Below are positions 1 through 11,915 of a DNA stretch of 60,128 nt, piece after piece. The DNA comes from Octopus bimaculoides (lineage: Eukaryota). Made by a program: the position numbers and the translations under genes. The stretch is from contig NC_068994.1 in the NCBI RefSeq assembly GCF_001194135.2, positions 34,400,727 to 34,460,854 on the forward strand. Direction: 5' to 3'. Positions within the stretch are counted from its first letter, which is position 1; every line of letters begins with the position of its first letter. The notes under the pieces were generated by a model. It was not told where the DNA came from. It saw only the letters and a list, made by a program, of their open reading frames with translations, and ran no database searches.

Positions 1-31
<31 letters not shown>

Positions 32-40
32 CATATATAT

Positions 41-200
41 GAAGGGCTTTTATATTGATCTGCTCACTAAATTCACTAAAACATTAGTCGGTAAGAGTCT
101 ATAGTAATAGACATTTACCTAAGGTACTGCACCATGGGACTGAACCCATAACCACATAGTTGCAAAGTGAGTTTCTTAACCAATCAGCCAAGCTTGCGCC
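41..200 (-). mobile_element. Degenerate tRNA-headed SINE, 5' part (family A, defined by the 6,669-7,084 copy)
   Basis: GGGACTGAACCCATAACCACAT...CTTAACCA is the reverse complement of the family A head. Confidence 0.7.
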
Positions 201-1494
201 TATAATAAATTTAAAACATTGATGATGGGATATGATAAGTGATGCATCAATTATCATGGCCAATACATGTAGCTAAGAGATGATGATGGGATTGACAACA
301 TAGTCATCAACACTCTTGATTAAACTCCAGAATTAACTGATATTCCCGTTTCAGTTTTTGTGGCTCTATAGATATTGATTTTCTTATATTAGGACAAAGC
401 CTTGTCTATTTATTCTGGAGGAATATAAATTCCACCGGATTGATCCAGAAACAGCCATACCACATATTTGACCCAAACACCCACCTACACTAAAGAAATT
501 TGAACCCCAAACCAAGTTTGGATTAAATTAAATTCTTCAACCTACAAGCATTTAATCCATCGGTTCTGTTTATGAGTTTATAAACAATGATTTATGATAT
601 TGGCAAAAGGCCACATATTGCTTTCTTATCATGGGATGGAAGGGTGGAATTCTTTCATCCATTAATGTTTGTCAAAATAAATCCATATCAAACACTTCAT
701 TCATTAGTGCTTAGAATCAACTTAATGCCAACAGAACTTTGGTAATTGTGTTAAAGTAATTCCAGTGAAATCTACTGAATAATCTAACCTCAAAATTTTC
801 CCCATGGTTTTTGGGTGTTTTTTCTTACTTGTATTTTTTTTTTTTTTTAAATCTGATACAATACTCTACAATTAACGCTTAGCTAATGAGTTTAATGAAA
901 AAGCCATTACATGGTCATTCATTCTGCTGGAAATAATAGCCAGGTTTACCCTCAAATCACTGTCTTCTTAAATATAAGATGGCATTAAATAATTTTTTTT
1001 TTGCTGATAAACAAAGAAAGATAATATATAGAATATATAACATCCATACCTTGATCTTATATTAAGGTACTACACCAGGACTGGCCTGTGGTTAAGCACC
1101 TTTTAGAGATGATAAACAGTTGCACTTCCTCCATCAGTCTGTTTGATATTATAAATCTGTCTCTACTGTTATTCCTTCTGTACTCTGATTTGATTCCACG
1201 CTCTACAAAACACTGGATCTCCCAAAATAGGGCTCTGCTATTAGATGCAGTTTAGAATGATACCTAGTAGTTTGGCACTGTTGTTCCTCACTCTATTCTG
1301 ACCATGCACAGAAGCAGCTGCCTTGATTCCAGCAATGGTTTAATTAGCACTTCACAGAATTACCTCTGGAAGAAGGTCACTTACAAAACACTGCTTTTTT
1401 GTTTTCCCTGCACAGATGAGGCCCTTCAGCTCTCATTTAGCTGCTCATTTAAGAGAAGGTAACTCTATACAGATCCTGCATTCTGATAAACTGG

Positions 1495-1782
1495 TATTCC
1501 ATTGGTTACAATGAGTGTTTCGATTGATCCAATCAAAACAGAACAGCCTGCTTGTGAAATTAACATGCAAGTGACCGAGGACTCCACAGACATGCATACC
1601 TTTATTGTAGTTCACAGTGAGATTCAGCATGACACAATGTGACAAGGCTGGCTCTCTGAAATACAGATAGAACTCTTTTGTGTCAGCTGAATGGACTGAG
1701 GCAGTGTGAAATAAAATGTCTTACTCAAGGACACAGCACACGGCAACAGTCATGGGCTAAATACCCTAACCACTCAGCCACA
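1495..1782 (-). mobile_element. Degenerate tRNA-derived SINE (family C, resembling octopus OR-type SINEs)
   Basis: Shares the CAGCCTGCTTGTGAAATTAACATGCAAGTG...GTGACAAGGCTG block with 3,713-4,090, plus a CORE-like CTCAAGGACAC segment and a TAACCACTCAGCCA head. Confidence 0.7.
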
Positions 1783-2189
1783 CATCTTCACTATGCATTC
1801 TGATAACTAACTAGGCTTGTGGGATTTGTCGCACCAGATCAATACAAGCCTGAAAGACAAGATAGTGGAACTGACTGTAGACAAGCCATGTTCACTGAAT
1901 AATAATGCAGGTTGTTCAGCAAACCAAGACTCTAGCTCCAACACATATTCTGTGTTGTTCATCATTAGTCTTAACTTCATTTTTTTTTTTTTCTAAGAAT
2001 ACTACTAGATGTCCATCACCAAACTTTGTCAACAATTCCTATTCAGAATCCAAGTCTATGAGTGCCTCTAAAATTTAACGATGATTGTAAATTATGAACT
2101 TCATCTGAGTTTTTGTGAAATTTTTTCTTCATTCCTTATGTTATATGAAGAACAAGAACCATCAAAGACTCCTCTTCATATGTCTTTTA

Positions 2190-2580
2190 TCTTTTACTTG
2201 CCCCTTACTGGGGAACCACTTTGAACAGTTTTAGTCGAACAACTGAATGCCAGTACTTATATTCTTTCAAGTCTGGTACTTATTCTATCAATTTCTTTTC
2301 CCGAACCTCTTGTTTACAGGGAAATAAACAAACCAACATCAGTTATCAAGTATTGGTGAGAAACGAATACTCACACCTAGATATATATTAATGTATATAC
2401 ACATATATACACACAACTAACTTCCACACACTTTCCATCTATCAAATTCACTCATTGTGCATTGGTCAGCCTGAGAGTATATTAGAAGACATTTGCTCTA
2501 GGTGCCCCACAATGGGACTGAACACAAAACCACATTATTGCAAAGCTAGCTTCATAATCACACACCCATGTCTGTGCCTA
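2190..2580 (-). mobile_element. Degenerate family A SINE
   Basis: GTACTTATTCT, CAAATTCACTCA, GGGACTGAAC and CACACCCATGTCTGTGCC match the reverse complement of family A. Confidence 0.65.
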
Positions 2581-3712
2581 TGCTCATGTTCAAAAAAAAA
2601 GAAAAAGAAAATCTATCTGAAACCACCTGCGAGTGGAATTGAACTTAGCTTGCAAGCTAACAAGCCATTTTACTCTTTTACAATACAGTCACTATGGTTT
2701 GGCACATATTTTAATTAATCAAAAACAAATAAACATGGACCAAGGTAATTACTGGTAGACAATCTAAGTTGACAAAAATATATTTACTGAAGTTTTTAGG
2801 TGGGTTGGTGTGCAAAGCAGTGACAGAAAATAAACTTTAGATCAGTTCAAATATGGGGGAAAAATTTTCACTTACAATAACAAAAAAAAATATCCTCCAT
2901 CACTGCTTCATGCACCTACCCATGTATTTGTTCCAGCCTAGTGGCCCACACATGCAATCAATAAATGATACTTAATGACTTTTGATGAAGCAAGCAAAGC
3001 TTTCCAATCAACTCATGTGATTGCCTTTCATGGTATCCGGTGCTGAAGAGAACTAATGAGTTTGAAATGTATCAGTCAGTTCTTAGAGGGAGATCTGAGC
3101 TAGCTATGGTATCCTAACACCTTTTTGTTTAAAACAAGCTTTGTTTTTCTCTGCAGCAAAACTTGCAGTGAAAACTCTTTAGTCTCAAGTATGTTCCAAA
3201 TGTTTGAAGTTCCAAGAAGACAATATTGATGTTTTATTACTGACTTGCTGGACTGAGAAAGAAAACCTTTGCATTTCCATCAAGGTTATTTTCAGTAAGG
3301 CTCAGAGGACCGTTTGAGATTTAAGCATTTTCACATCAAGTATTATGCAATACTGATAACAAATTATAAAGGGCTGACCCCTCAATGACTGTGAACCCTT
3401 TTACTCAGTTGCACAGTCATGCATGGCCTTTCTGGTTGGCTTTTCTATATTTTTGTTTTAAAAAGTGTTATATTCTTTTAGAGGAATGGTTGTGTGCTTC
3501 AGGAGTTCTCAAAGGAAACACATTGCGGTGAACCTAGCAACATGGTACACTGAACAAGTGCCTTCATGTGTAGCCTTGGGTAGATCAGTAGCTTGTGAGT
3601 GAAATTTAGCAGGTGAAAACTGTATGGAAGTCTGTTTATATGTCTATGTTTATGTGTGAAAAAGAGAAATAGAAGTTGGAAAAATAAATTCCAGAATAAA
3701 ATATGTAGTGGG

Positions 3713-4090
3713 TGTTGTTGTTGTTGGCACTCCATCGCTTATGACGTCGAGAGTTCCAGTTGATCCGATCAATGGAACAGCCGGCTCGTGAAATTAACGT
3801 GCAAGTGGCTGAGCACTCCACAGACACGTGTAGCCTTAACGTAGTTCTCGGGGATATTCAGCGTAACACAGTGTGACAAGGCTGACCCTTTGAATTACAG
3901 GCACAACAGAAACAATAAGTAAGAGTTAGAGAAGGTTGTGGTGAAAGAGTACAGCAGGGTTCGCCACCATCCCCTGCCGGAGCCTTATGGGGCTTTAGGT
4001 GTTTTCGCTCAATAAACACTCACAACGCCCGGTCTGGGAATCGAAACTGCAATCCTATGACTGCACGTTCACCACCCTAACCACTGGGCC
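3713..4090 (-). mobile_element. Well-preserved tRNA-derived SINE (family C) with (CAA)n tail
   Basis: Minus strand begins GGCCCAGTGGTTAGGGTGG (A box) then GTTTCGATTCCC (B box), and ends GGAGTGCCAACAACAAC. Confidence 0.85.
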
Positions 4091-4224
4091 TCCACAGTAG
4101 CGGGTGTAATAAAAGAAGAAAAAAAATGGTGCTCCAGCATGGCAAAAATCTAATAACTAAAATCAGTGAAAGAGCTGGTTTGTAAAATTTTTAATTCTGT
4201 CAACCACTACATTGAGAATAGTGA

Positions 4225-4480
4225 AGGCTGGCCAAGTGGTTGTAGTGTTGCACTCACAATTGTGATATTCCTATAGCAAACAGAAAACAGAGTATTCTAA
4301 TCTTGAACAAAACAGTTCATTTCACATTTCTCCAATCCACTCTGCTGTAAATGAATTCCTGTAATAGCTGGGGAGCAAACCTTATGACCAGCTAGTATCT
4401 TGTTTAGTGGGAATTGTCATAATCTCAGTCCTTTATACATTGTAGAAATTGGGTTAAGCTCCAGCTACATGTTTCTAGGC
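4225..4480 (+). mobile_element. Old degenerate tRNA-SINE
   Basis: GGCTGGCCAAGTGGTTGTAGTG A-box-like head; CTTGAACAAAACAGTTCATTTCACAT...CCACTCTGCTGTAAATG resembles the family C CORE-like segment. Confidence 0.45.
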
Positions 4481-5032
4481 TTCATGATGGATTTCTGTGC
4501 CAAAGTTTAGGTAGAAAGTTCTAACGGATANNNNNNNNNNGTTAAATCTACCAGTTTTTTTGCAGGATCAGTACATCACTATTTTCCTATCCTCTTTCCT
4601 TTCTAAATAACAATGTTCCGGAAAACATTTAAAAATTATTTTCTATCGTTTAATTAATTTAAACACCATTCCCTAAACAATATTTTCTATGTTAGTCAGT
4701 GTATTATAATTTTGTTTGTGTACTTAATGATTCTTCCATCATTACTACAGCAAATACAATGATGTTTCTGCTTCACTGAGGAGACATAATACTAAAATAC
4801 GTACTGAGTTGTCTCTCTTGCTTTCTTGAAAGAGTTAACATTAATCATTGATCAATGTAGTTTTATTTATTTTTTTTTTCCATATCATATAATTATTTTT
4901 GTTTAATGCAACTAATATCACCGGCATTGTTATCAGTAACTGAATAAATCTGTGATCATCTGCTTTAATCCTCAAACATTCTGTTTTTCCATTTTGAATT
5001 TTGTCTCTTATTGTTTTTAACACACACACACA

Positions 5033-5182
5033 GCTGCAGGTGTGACTTGTTTGGTAAGAAGCTTGCCATTTCATGGTTCTGGATCAGTCCCACTACATGG
5101 CATTTTGGGCAAGAGTCTTCTGCTATAGCCTCAGGCCAATCAAAGCCTTGTGAGTGGATTTGGTAGACAGAAACTGAAAGAA
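5033..5182 (+). mobile_element. Family A SINE 5' half, interrupted by a family B SINE
   Basis: GGTAAGAAGCTTGC...GGATCAGTCCCACT...CAAAGCCTTGTGAGTGGATTTGGTAGACAGAAACTGAAAGAA; resumes at 5,415 as GAAAGTGAAAGAAGCCTGTC. Confidence 0.85.
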
Positions 5183-5414
5183 GGCGGCGAGCTGGCAGAA
5201 ACGTTAGCACGCCAGGCAAAATGCTTAGTGGTATTTCGTCTGCCATTACGTTCTGAGTTCAAATTCTGCCGAGGTTGACTTTGCCTTTCATCCTTTCGGG
5301 GTCGATAAATTAAGTACCAGTTACGCACTGGGGTCGATGTAATCGACTTAATCTCTTCATCTGTCCTTGATTGTCCCCTCTATGTTTAGCCCCTTGTGGG
5401 TAATAAAGAAATAA
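5183..5414 (+). mobile_element. Young full-length family B SINE with target-site duplication
   Basis: GGCGGCGAGCTGGCAGAA...TTCTGAGTTCAAATTC (B box)...GCCTTTCATCCTTTCGGGGTCGATAAATTAAGTACCAG (Meta-domain-like, from recall). Flanks are GAAACTGAAAGAA and GAAAGTGAAAGAA. Confidence 0.9.
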
Positions 5415-5448
5415 GAAAGTGAAAGAAGCCTGTCATATATTTATAATG

Positions 5449-6284
5449 NNNNNNNNNNNNNNNNNNNNNNNNNNNNNNNNNNNNNNNNNNNNNNNNNNNN
5501 NNNNNNNNNNNNNNNNNNNNNNNNNNNNNNNNNNNNNNNNNNNNNNNNNNNNNNNNNNNNNNNNNNNNNNNNNNNNNNNNNNNNNNNNNNNNNNNNNNNN
5601 NNNNNNNNNNNNNNNNNNNNNNNNNNNNNNNNNNNNNNNNNNNNNNNNNNNNNNNNNNNNNNNNNNNNNNNNNNNNNNNNNNNNNNNNNNNNNNNNNNNN
5701 NNNNNNNNNNNNNNNNNNNNNNNNNNNNNNNNNNNNNNNNNNNNNNNNNNNNNNNNNNNNNNNNNNNNNNNNNNNNNNNNNNNNNNNNNNNNNNNNNNNN
5801 NNNNNNNNNNNNNNNNNNNNNNNNNNNNNNNNNNNNNNNNNNNNNNNNNNNNNNNNNNNNNNNNNNNNNNNNNNNNNNNNNNNNNNNNNNNNNNNNNNNN
5901 NNNNNNNNNNNNNNNNNNNNNNNNNNNNNNNNNNNNNNNNNNNNNNNNNNNNNNNNNNNNNNNNNNNNNNNNNNNNNNNNNNNNNNNNNNNNNNNNNNNN
6001 NNNNNNNNNNNNNNNNNNNNNNNNNNNNNNNNNNNNNNNNNNNNNNNNNNNNNNNNNNNNNNNNNNNNNNNNNNNNNNNNNNNNNNNNNNNNNNNNNNNN
6101 NNNNNNNNNNNNNNNNNNNNNNNNNNNNNNNNNNNNNNNNNNNNNNNNNNNNNNNNNNNNNNNNNNNNNNNNNNNNNNNNNNNNNNNNNNNNNNNNNNNN
6201 NNNNNNNNNNNNNNNNNNNNNNNNNNNNNNNNNNNNNNNNNNNNNNNNNNNNNNNNNNNNNNNNNNNNNNNNNNNNNNNNNNNN
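5449..6284. other. Assembly gap (others: 4,531-40; 15,635-44; 16,642-17,255; 18,020-105; 19,874-925; 22,305-660; 33,294-665; 38,978-87; 45,221-510; 49,093-192; 59,356-661)
   Basis: Runs of N. Confidence 0.98.
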
Positions 6285-6334
6285 TGGCCGCAGTCTAATA
6301 ACTGAAACGAATAAAAGATAAAAGCTATATTTAC

Positions 6335-6367
<33 letters not shown>

Positions 6368-6369
6368 TT

Positions 6370-6570
6370 ATGGCTTCAGATTGCAGCCATGCTGGAGCAC
6401 TGCCTTGAAGAAATATTAATCAAATGAATCGACCCCAGTACTTATATTTTCTAATGAAAGCTTGGTACTTATTCTATTGGTCTCTTTTTGTTGAGCTGCT
6501 AAGTTATGAGGACATAAACACATCAACACCAGTTGTTGAGTGGTCGTGAGAGACAGACACAAAGATACAT
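6370..6570 (-). mobile_element. Family A SINE 3' part
   Basis: GCAGCCATGCTGGAGCAC...CGACCCCAGTACTTAT...GCTAAGTTATGAGGACATAAAC is the reverse complement of the family A tail region. Confidence 0.75.
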
Positions 6571-6668
6571 ACACACACATATGTATACACACATGTATAC
6601 ATATATATGTATACATATACATATATATATATGTATGCTTACATATATATGTGTCCAGTATCATTATA

Positions 6669-7084
6669 GGCCTAGGAGTGGCTGTGTGGTAAGTTGCTTC
6701 CTTATGAACCACATGGTTCCGGGTTCAGTCCCACTGCATGGCACCTTGGGCAAGTGTCTTCTACTATAGCCTCAAGCCGACCAAAGCCTTGTAAGTGGAT
6801 TTGGTAGACAGAAACTGAAAGAAGCCCGTCGTATATATGTATATATATGTGTGTGTGTGTGTGTTTGTGTGTATGTTTGTCCCCCCCCCCCTCCTCTCCA
6901 ACATCGTTTGACAACCAATGCTGGTGTGTTAATGTCCCCGTAACTTAGCGGTTCGGCAAAAGAGACCGATAGAATAAGTACTAGGCTTCCAAAGAATAAG
7001 TCTTGGGGTTGATTTGCTAGACTAAAGGCGGTGCTCCAGCATGGCCACAGTCAAATGACTGAAACAAGTAAAAGAGTAAAAGAG
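6669..7084 (+). mobile_element. Near full-length family A tRNA-derived SINE with internal (TA)/(TG) microsatellite
   Basis: GGAGTGGCTGTGTGGTAAG (A box), GGTTCAGTCCC (B box), CCTTGGGCAAGTG core, central microsatellite and (AAAGAGT) tail; >20 related copies in the window. Confidence 0.9.
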
Positions 7085-8399
7085 TATATATACATATGTC
7101 AGAGAAGTTGCAAACTGATAATGGCTACAGACAGGAAGAGTACTTAACCACAAATCCTACCTCACATAAGCCCACTTTCAAACTTACACTATTATGGAAA
7201 TTGAAATAAATGGACAAACAAAGCCATCCCTTCTTATTGGAGAAACCATTATTGCAATATATAACAAATTAATACATTCAGCAATTAAATAAATTACCTA
7301 TCAATCTACTTAGATTTAGTTTAATGTTAATGAAATCCTCAAGATACAAACAACAACTTGTAGTTGATTATTTTTCCATGGTTAATCATATTGAACGTGT
7401 CCATAGAGATTTATAATACATAGCTATAGCAGCGTATTTTGTCCAGTTAGAGTGACCAGTTGTGTCCAGTATCATTGAGCCATTAGGTATTTTGACAGTG
7501 ATTGAGGCTTCTCGATCAATAAGAGGCCAGGAATGTGTGTTAATTACATATTAATGTTTGGTTGATTACTGGAAACTGTGCACACTATATTGAGTATTTG
7601 GGGTGAAAAATAGCATATTTAGGTGGTTTTTGTTTTGTTTTGTTTTGTTTTTTTTCACATAAAATTGATCTGTCATCTCGTATAAAGCCAGAACACACTC
7701 AAGCACAAAATCATAGTCAGAGCTGGTAAATCACAGGGAGACAGTCTTACACGAATAAATCACATTATCGAATACTTATTGAATAAGGAAGACAAAAGTG
7801 ATTATTATATATGCAAGAAATTGGTATATAGAAGAAGAATTTTTCTAGTAGCAGACAGATTTAAGTATTGGTTAGGAAAAGAAAGTATGACATGCATTTC
7901 TGCCATTTAGTGATTTATTAAATTGGACCCTGAGAAACTTTTTACTAAGTCATTTGTGATGTAAGGAAGAATTTTAACATTTAGAGGTTGTATCAGAGCT
8001 GAGAGAATCATTTAGATTATGAAATACCAGGTGAACAGTCTTCAGTTTATATTCTGTTAATGGCACAATTGTGTTCTTCGCAAATACTTTAAGTTGTAAA
8101 CAGATCTAAGTGTAGATAATTGTTGTTGTTTAACACCAGGTCGGCCTTGATTGACTAGAAAAATTAGGATCAAATGGTTTCCAACTATGACCATCTCATT
8201 TGTTTTGTTTATAAAGTCCATAAAGTACGTTTTTTTCATCTCCCAAGGAGAGAGGATGTGATCTGAAGGAAATTTGTTAGCTATTTCTAGCAGGTAAATT
8301 AACCATGTAGAAGTTCTTTTGTAAGCATGTAGTGTAGGTAGTAATAAGATATTTGTAGCCCATGACTGCTGTCAGGTGGAATGCAACATAACTGATAAT

Positions 8400-9110
8400 G
8401 CTTGTTGAGTCTTGGAGAGATTGAGCCTGAGAAAAAGAATGTCATCATAGGTCTGCTTGATTAGGGTTGGCAAAGGATTAACCCTTTAACATTCAGATTA
8501 CTCTGTCAAATGTAATGCTTATTTATTCACATTGTTTTGAATTAATCCTGCATTATCTCATAGCTTTGAGATTTCAAACATGTAACTGTTTATTTTTATA
8601 ATGACATTGTAAGGTAGGTGTGAGAGGTCAGATCTGGATGGTTTGAACAATAAACAGGTCGAATATTTGGGCTGAATATGGCAACGTATACACAAACCAA
8701 GACAAGGGAGCCTTTGTGTGAGCATTTGACTTGCTAGAAATAACAATCAAATCTCTCAAATTATAGTTTATTGTTGCATAAAAATATAACCACATTTGAT
8801 AAATGTGGTCTTATGTATAGTGTCTGTGAGTAAAAGATGGGAATCTATCATCACAGGTCTCCTTGATTTGGGTTGACTGACTTAGAATAAACACTGCATG
8901 CTCACACATGCACACACCAAACTGAATGAGCCCTTACGTGGATGTTAATTTGCTAGAAATAACTAAATTTCCCTCAATTTATACTTTACCATCTTTGAAT
9001 TAGATAATGTGGTCCTGAGTAAATCTGCGTCTGAGAAAAAAGAATGGAATTTCTTTGATCATAAACCAGCTTGATGGCTGAAATGACCATGGGCTAAACA
9101 ACAACAATGA
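8400..9110. repeat. Cluster of decayed interspersed repeats, including a TTAACCCTTTA-headed MITE-like fragment
   Basis: TTAACCCTTTAACATTCAGATTACTCTG at ~8,478. TTTGCTAGAAATAAC...AAATC recurs at 8,730, 8,950 and in related form at 31,040 and 46,990. Confidence 0.5.
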
Positions 9111-9739
9111 CTAATAATAATATAAACAAAAAGAAAAGAAAGAAGAAAAAATCCTGTATGTAATAACAATTGCCTCTGATTAGCTTTAATCTGTTCGGGT
9201 GGTCATCATTCTGAGATGAAATTTACAGTCTATATCCAATTATCGTAATTGTGTTTCAATGAATAAATAATATTTTTAAGTTGTTTATTTTTGTATTTTA
9301 ACTGCAGGAATTGGAGACTGTCAGTAAGCTAAGAGCACACCCAACCTGAATGAACGGGTGTTTTATTAGTAAAATTGCCGCCTATAGAATCAATGAAACA
9401 GTCAGTGAATAGAATAGTCTACTAAATCAATGGATGTGTATATAATCAGTGTGTGTGTGTGTATGTGTGTGTGTGAGTGTGAGAAAGAAAGTTTGTAAGT
9501 TTTTAGTGATTATTTACAAGCAATGGTTTCATACTAATGAATTGAAAAACTGTTAGTTCAAAAGATCAAATTCCAGAAATCCTGTCAACACTAATATCAT
9601 TTCTCTGCTTGCTAAAATGTGGCAGCAACACCACTTCATCTAGAAGATGAGACTGTGAAGGTCTAAAATTTGGGAACTTTGTTACTCCATACAAACTATA
9701 TCTTTTAATTTTTCTTCGACTTAAGTCCAAAACGTTAGT

Positions 9740-10360
9740 TCTAGAACAAATTGTAATCCTTCTAGTACAAATTATTTTGGAACTCAATCTGGAATTCTAT
9801 GTAGGTGTTTGTCTATCCAGAATTCTGCTGCTTTCCATCCTGATCCATGGATAATATTTGTGTATTGGCTGATCACATCAAAACTAATCATAATCGTTTC
9901 TATATTTACTCTTTCTGGTAAGTGATTTAGGAAATCCATGTCTTCTCTGGGGTAACTAGGAACCAAACTGTAGAATTGTTTCAACCTTACTTCCAGTAAA
10001 TTGCTTAATTGTCAGGTACCTGATATTTGTCCTACAACAATTGCACATAATTTTAAACCAGATAGCTTGAGAATGTTTACATAAAGTGTATGGAGGTCTT
10101 TTAAGCTATTATAGATTTCTTTAAATTTACAAATTTTAGTAGCTTGCAAAAATTGTTTGCTTTTTCTCAATGTTATTAATCCAACTCTAATTCCATTATT
10201 ACTTTTGAATTATTTGTTCATTATTTGCTTATCCTTATTAGTTTCTAATTTTGGGAAGAAATGCTGATCATTTTGTAGTTTTGAAGTGATTTTCCTGTAA
10301 GATGTCTTGTCCATTATTACAATGGCTTCTCCTTTGTCAGTTTCTACAATGACTATAGAA
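9740..10360 (-). mobile_element. Penelope-like element RT fragment, degenerate, copy 1
   Basis: Minus strand encodes IVIVETDKGEAIVIMDK (cf. PLE ADKGGAVVIMD) and DMDFLNHLPERVNIETIMISFDVISQYTNI..G.G.KAAEFWIDK (cf. SFDVTSLYTNIP). Confidence 0.85.
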
Positions 10361-10394
10361 GACTCTTTCTATAGACATTCCAATGCTTTTTGCT

Positions 10395-11915
10395 CTTCGT
10401 ACACTATATGTCAAGATTCACAAACCGTCTGATTTAAAATTATGCCTAATTGTTGCAGGACCAACACCGAGCGTCCACCAATTAAACAATTTACTGAACA
10501 TTCTTTTGAAATAATTATGCTTAATCATTCCTTTCTTTCAGTAGGCATATGGACTTCATAAATCACTTTCCAGAAATATTAGATATAGAGACAATCTTAT
10601 TTTTTCACATGATCAGTCTCTAACCAAAAATTCTCCATGGATTAGGACTGAAAGCAGTAGAATTCTCAATACACAAATGTCCACACAGAATTCAGGAAAA
10701 ATTTCCAAAAGAATTTATACTAGAAGGATTATGATTGGTGCTAGTAAACAACTATTTATTTTTTGATAACCAATCAAATAGAAGGTAGTTACAAAGAATG
10801 CTGCATGAAAGTTGCATCCATATATATAAAACTAATGATGGGATTCCTTGAACAAAAAAATTCTGTCTGATTTGGGATTACTTTTGGTAAGCATTTCTAT
10901 TCTGTTTAAAAGAAAACTGGAAAAGTTTCCTATGTGACTGCTTTGCATTTTGGAACAGAAGTAAGGAAGACCTTACAAGATTTCTTAAATTAATAGATAG
11001 CATTTATGAATTGATCCAATGAACAATGGAAATAAACGAAAGAACTTTTTTGGGTAATTTTGGTAATTAAGGAGAATGAAGTTGTTATATTCAATCTCTA
11101 CCACAAGGGCACAGACACAACAATACATAGATTTTAGATCTTACCATCCATTCCATATTGAAAGAAACATTCCACTTAAAGACAAGCATCTATGTTCTAC
11201 AGTTCTTCACTTGAATTGTCAACAGAGGTGACTGACAGACCAAAAAATATTCTTTCAGAAACAAAAATATCCAAAGGCAAGAGTAAATCTTGCTATGACT
11301 ACAGCAAAATAAATCCCTATCCTTGACTTGCAGAGAAACCCTCACAATGAGGAGAAAGACAAAAGCAGAAATATTCCATTTGTTGTCACCCATAAGCCTA
11401 AAAACTACATCTTAGATATGGCCAAACAATATCTTCCAGTTCTACACCAATCCTCAAATTATTAGAAAATATAGATCTATAAATTATTAACAGCTAGGGA
11501 CAACTACCAGATTATGAACTCTTAACAAAGATGAAATTCACAGAAGAAGACATAATGCAGAAAACAAAATGTGGAGAATTTTGTTGCAGAAGAGATGAGA
11601 GAACAACCAAAAAATTGAGAATGGGAAAGAATTGTAGGTTAATGCAAATATGAATTGAAAAACAGAAATCTCTTTCACTGTATCACATGCCCACAATTCA
11701 ATGAGAATTATATTGGCCAAACAGGATCAAAATTGTTCAGGTTAGTGTATATTAACAAATCAGATTTGTCTCACAGAAATGTTCCCTAGAGCAAACATCA
11801 AGGCATTTGTGCAAATGAAAAATTCGTAATATTCCTCTTTTCAAATTAAAGGAAGAAAAGGATCAACTATGAAAAACAAAAGAATACTTTATAAGAATTG
11901 TAAAACTGAAACCAT
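10395..11915 (+). mobile_element. Penelope-like element RT + GIY-YIG endonuclease pseudogene, copy 2
   Basis: Frameshifted translation gives VKIHKPSDLKLCLIVAGP, EKFPKEFILEGL, ENWKSFLCDCFAFW (decayed catalytic DD motif), LYHKGTDT..YIDFRSYHP, IPFVVTH, and CITCPQFNENYIGQTG (YIG at ~11,709). Confidence 0.9.

Noticed and set aside
415-462. GGAATAT...CCAGAAACAGCCATA resembling the 39 kb hammerhead family
   Set aside because: No CTGATGA core and the flanks do not match.
1416-1458. 43 nt AG/GT-bounded candidate exon (MRPFSSHLAAHLRE)
   Set aside because: Good splice signals but it lies among decayed repeats with no recognisable homology; chance is likely.
5419-6321. Long ORFs spanning N-runs (also at 16.5, 22, 33, 45 and 59 kb)
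   Set aside because: Artefacts of translating gaps.
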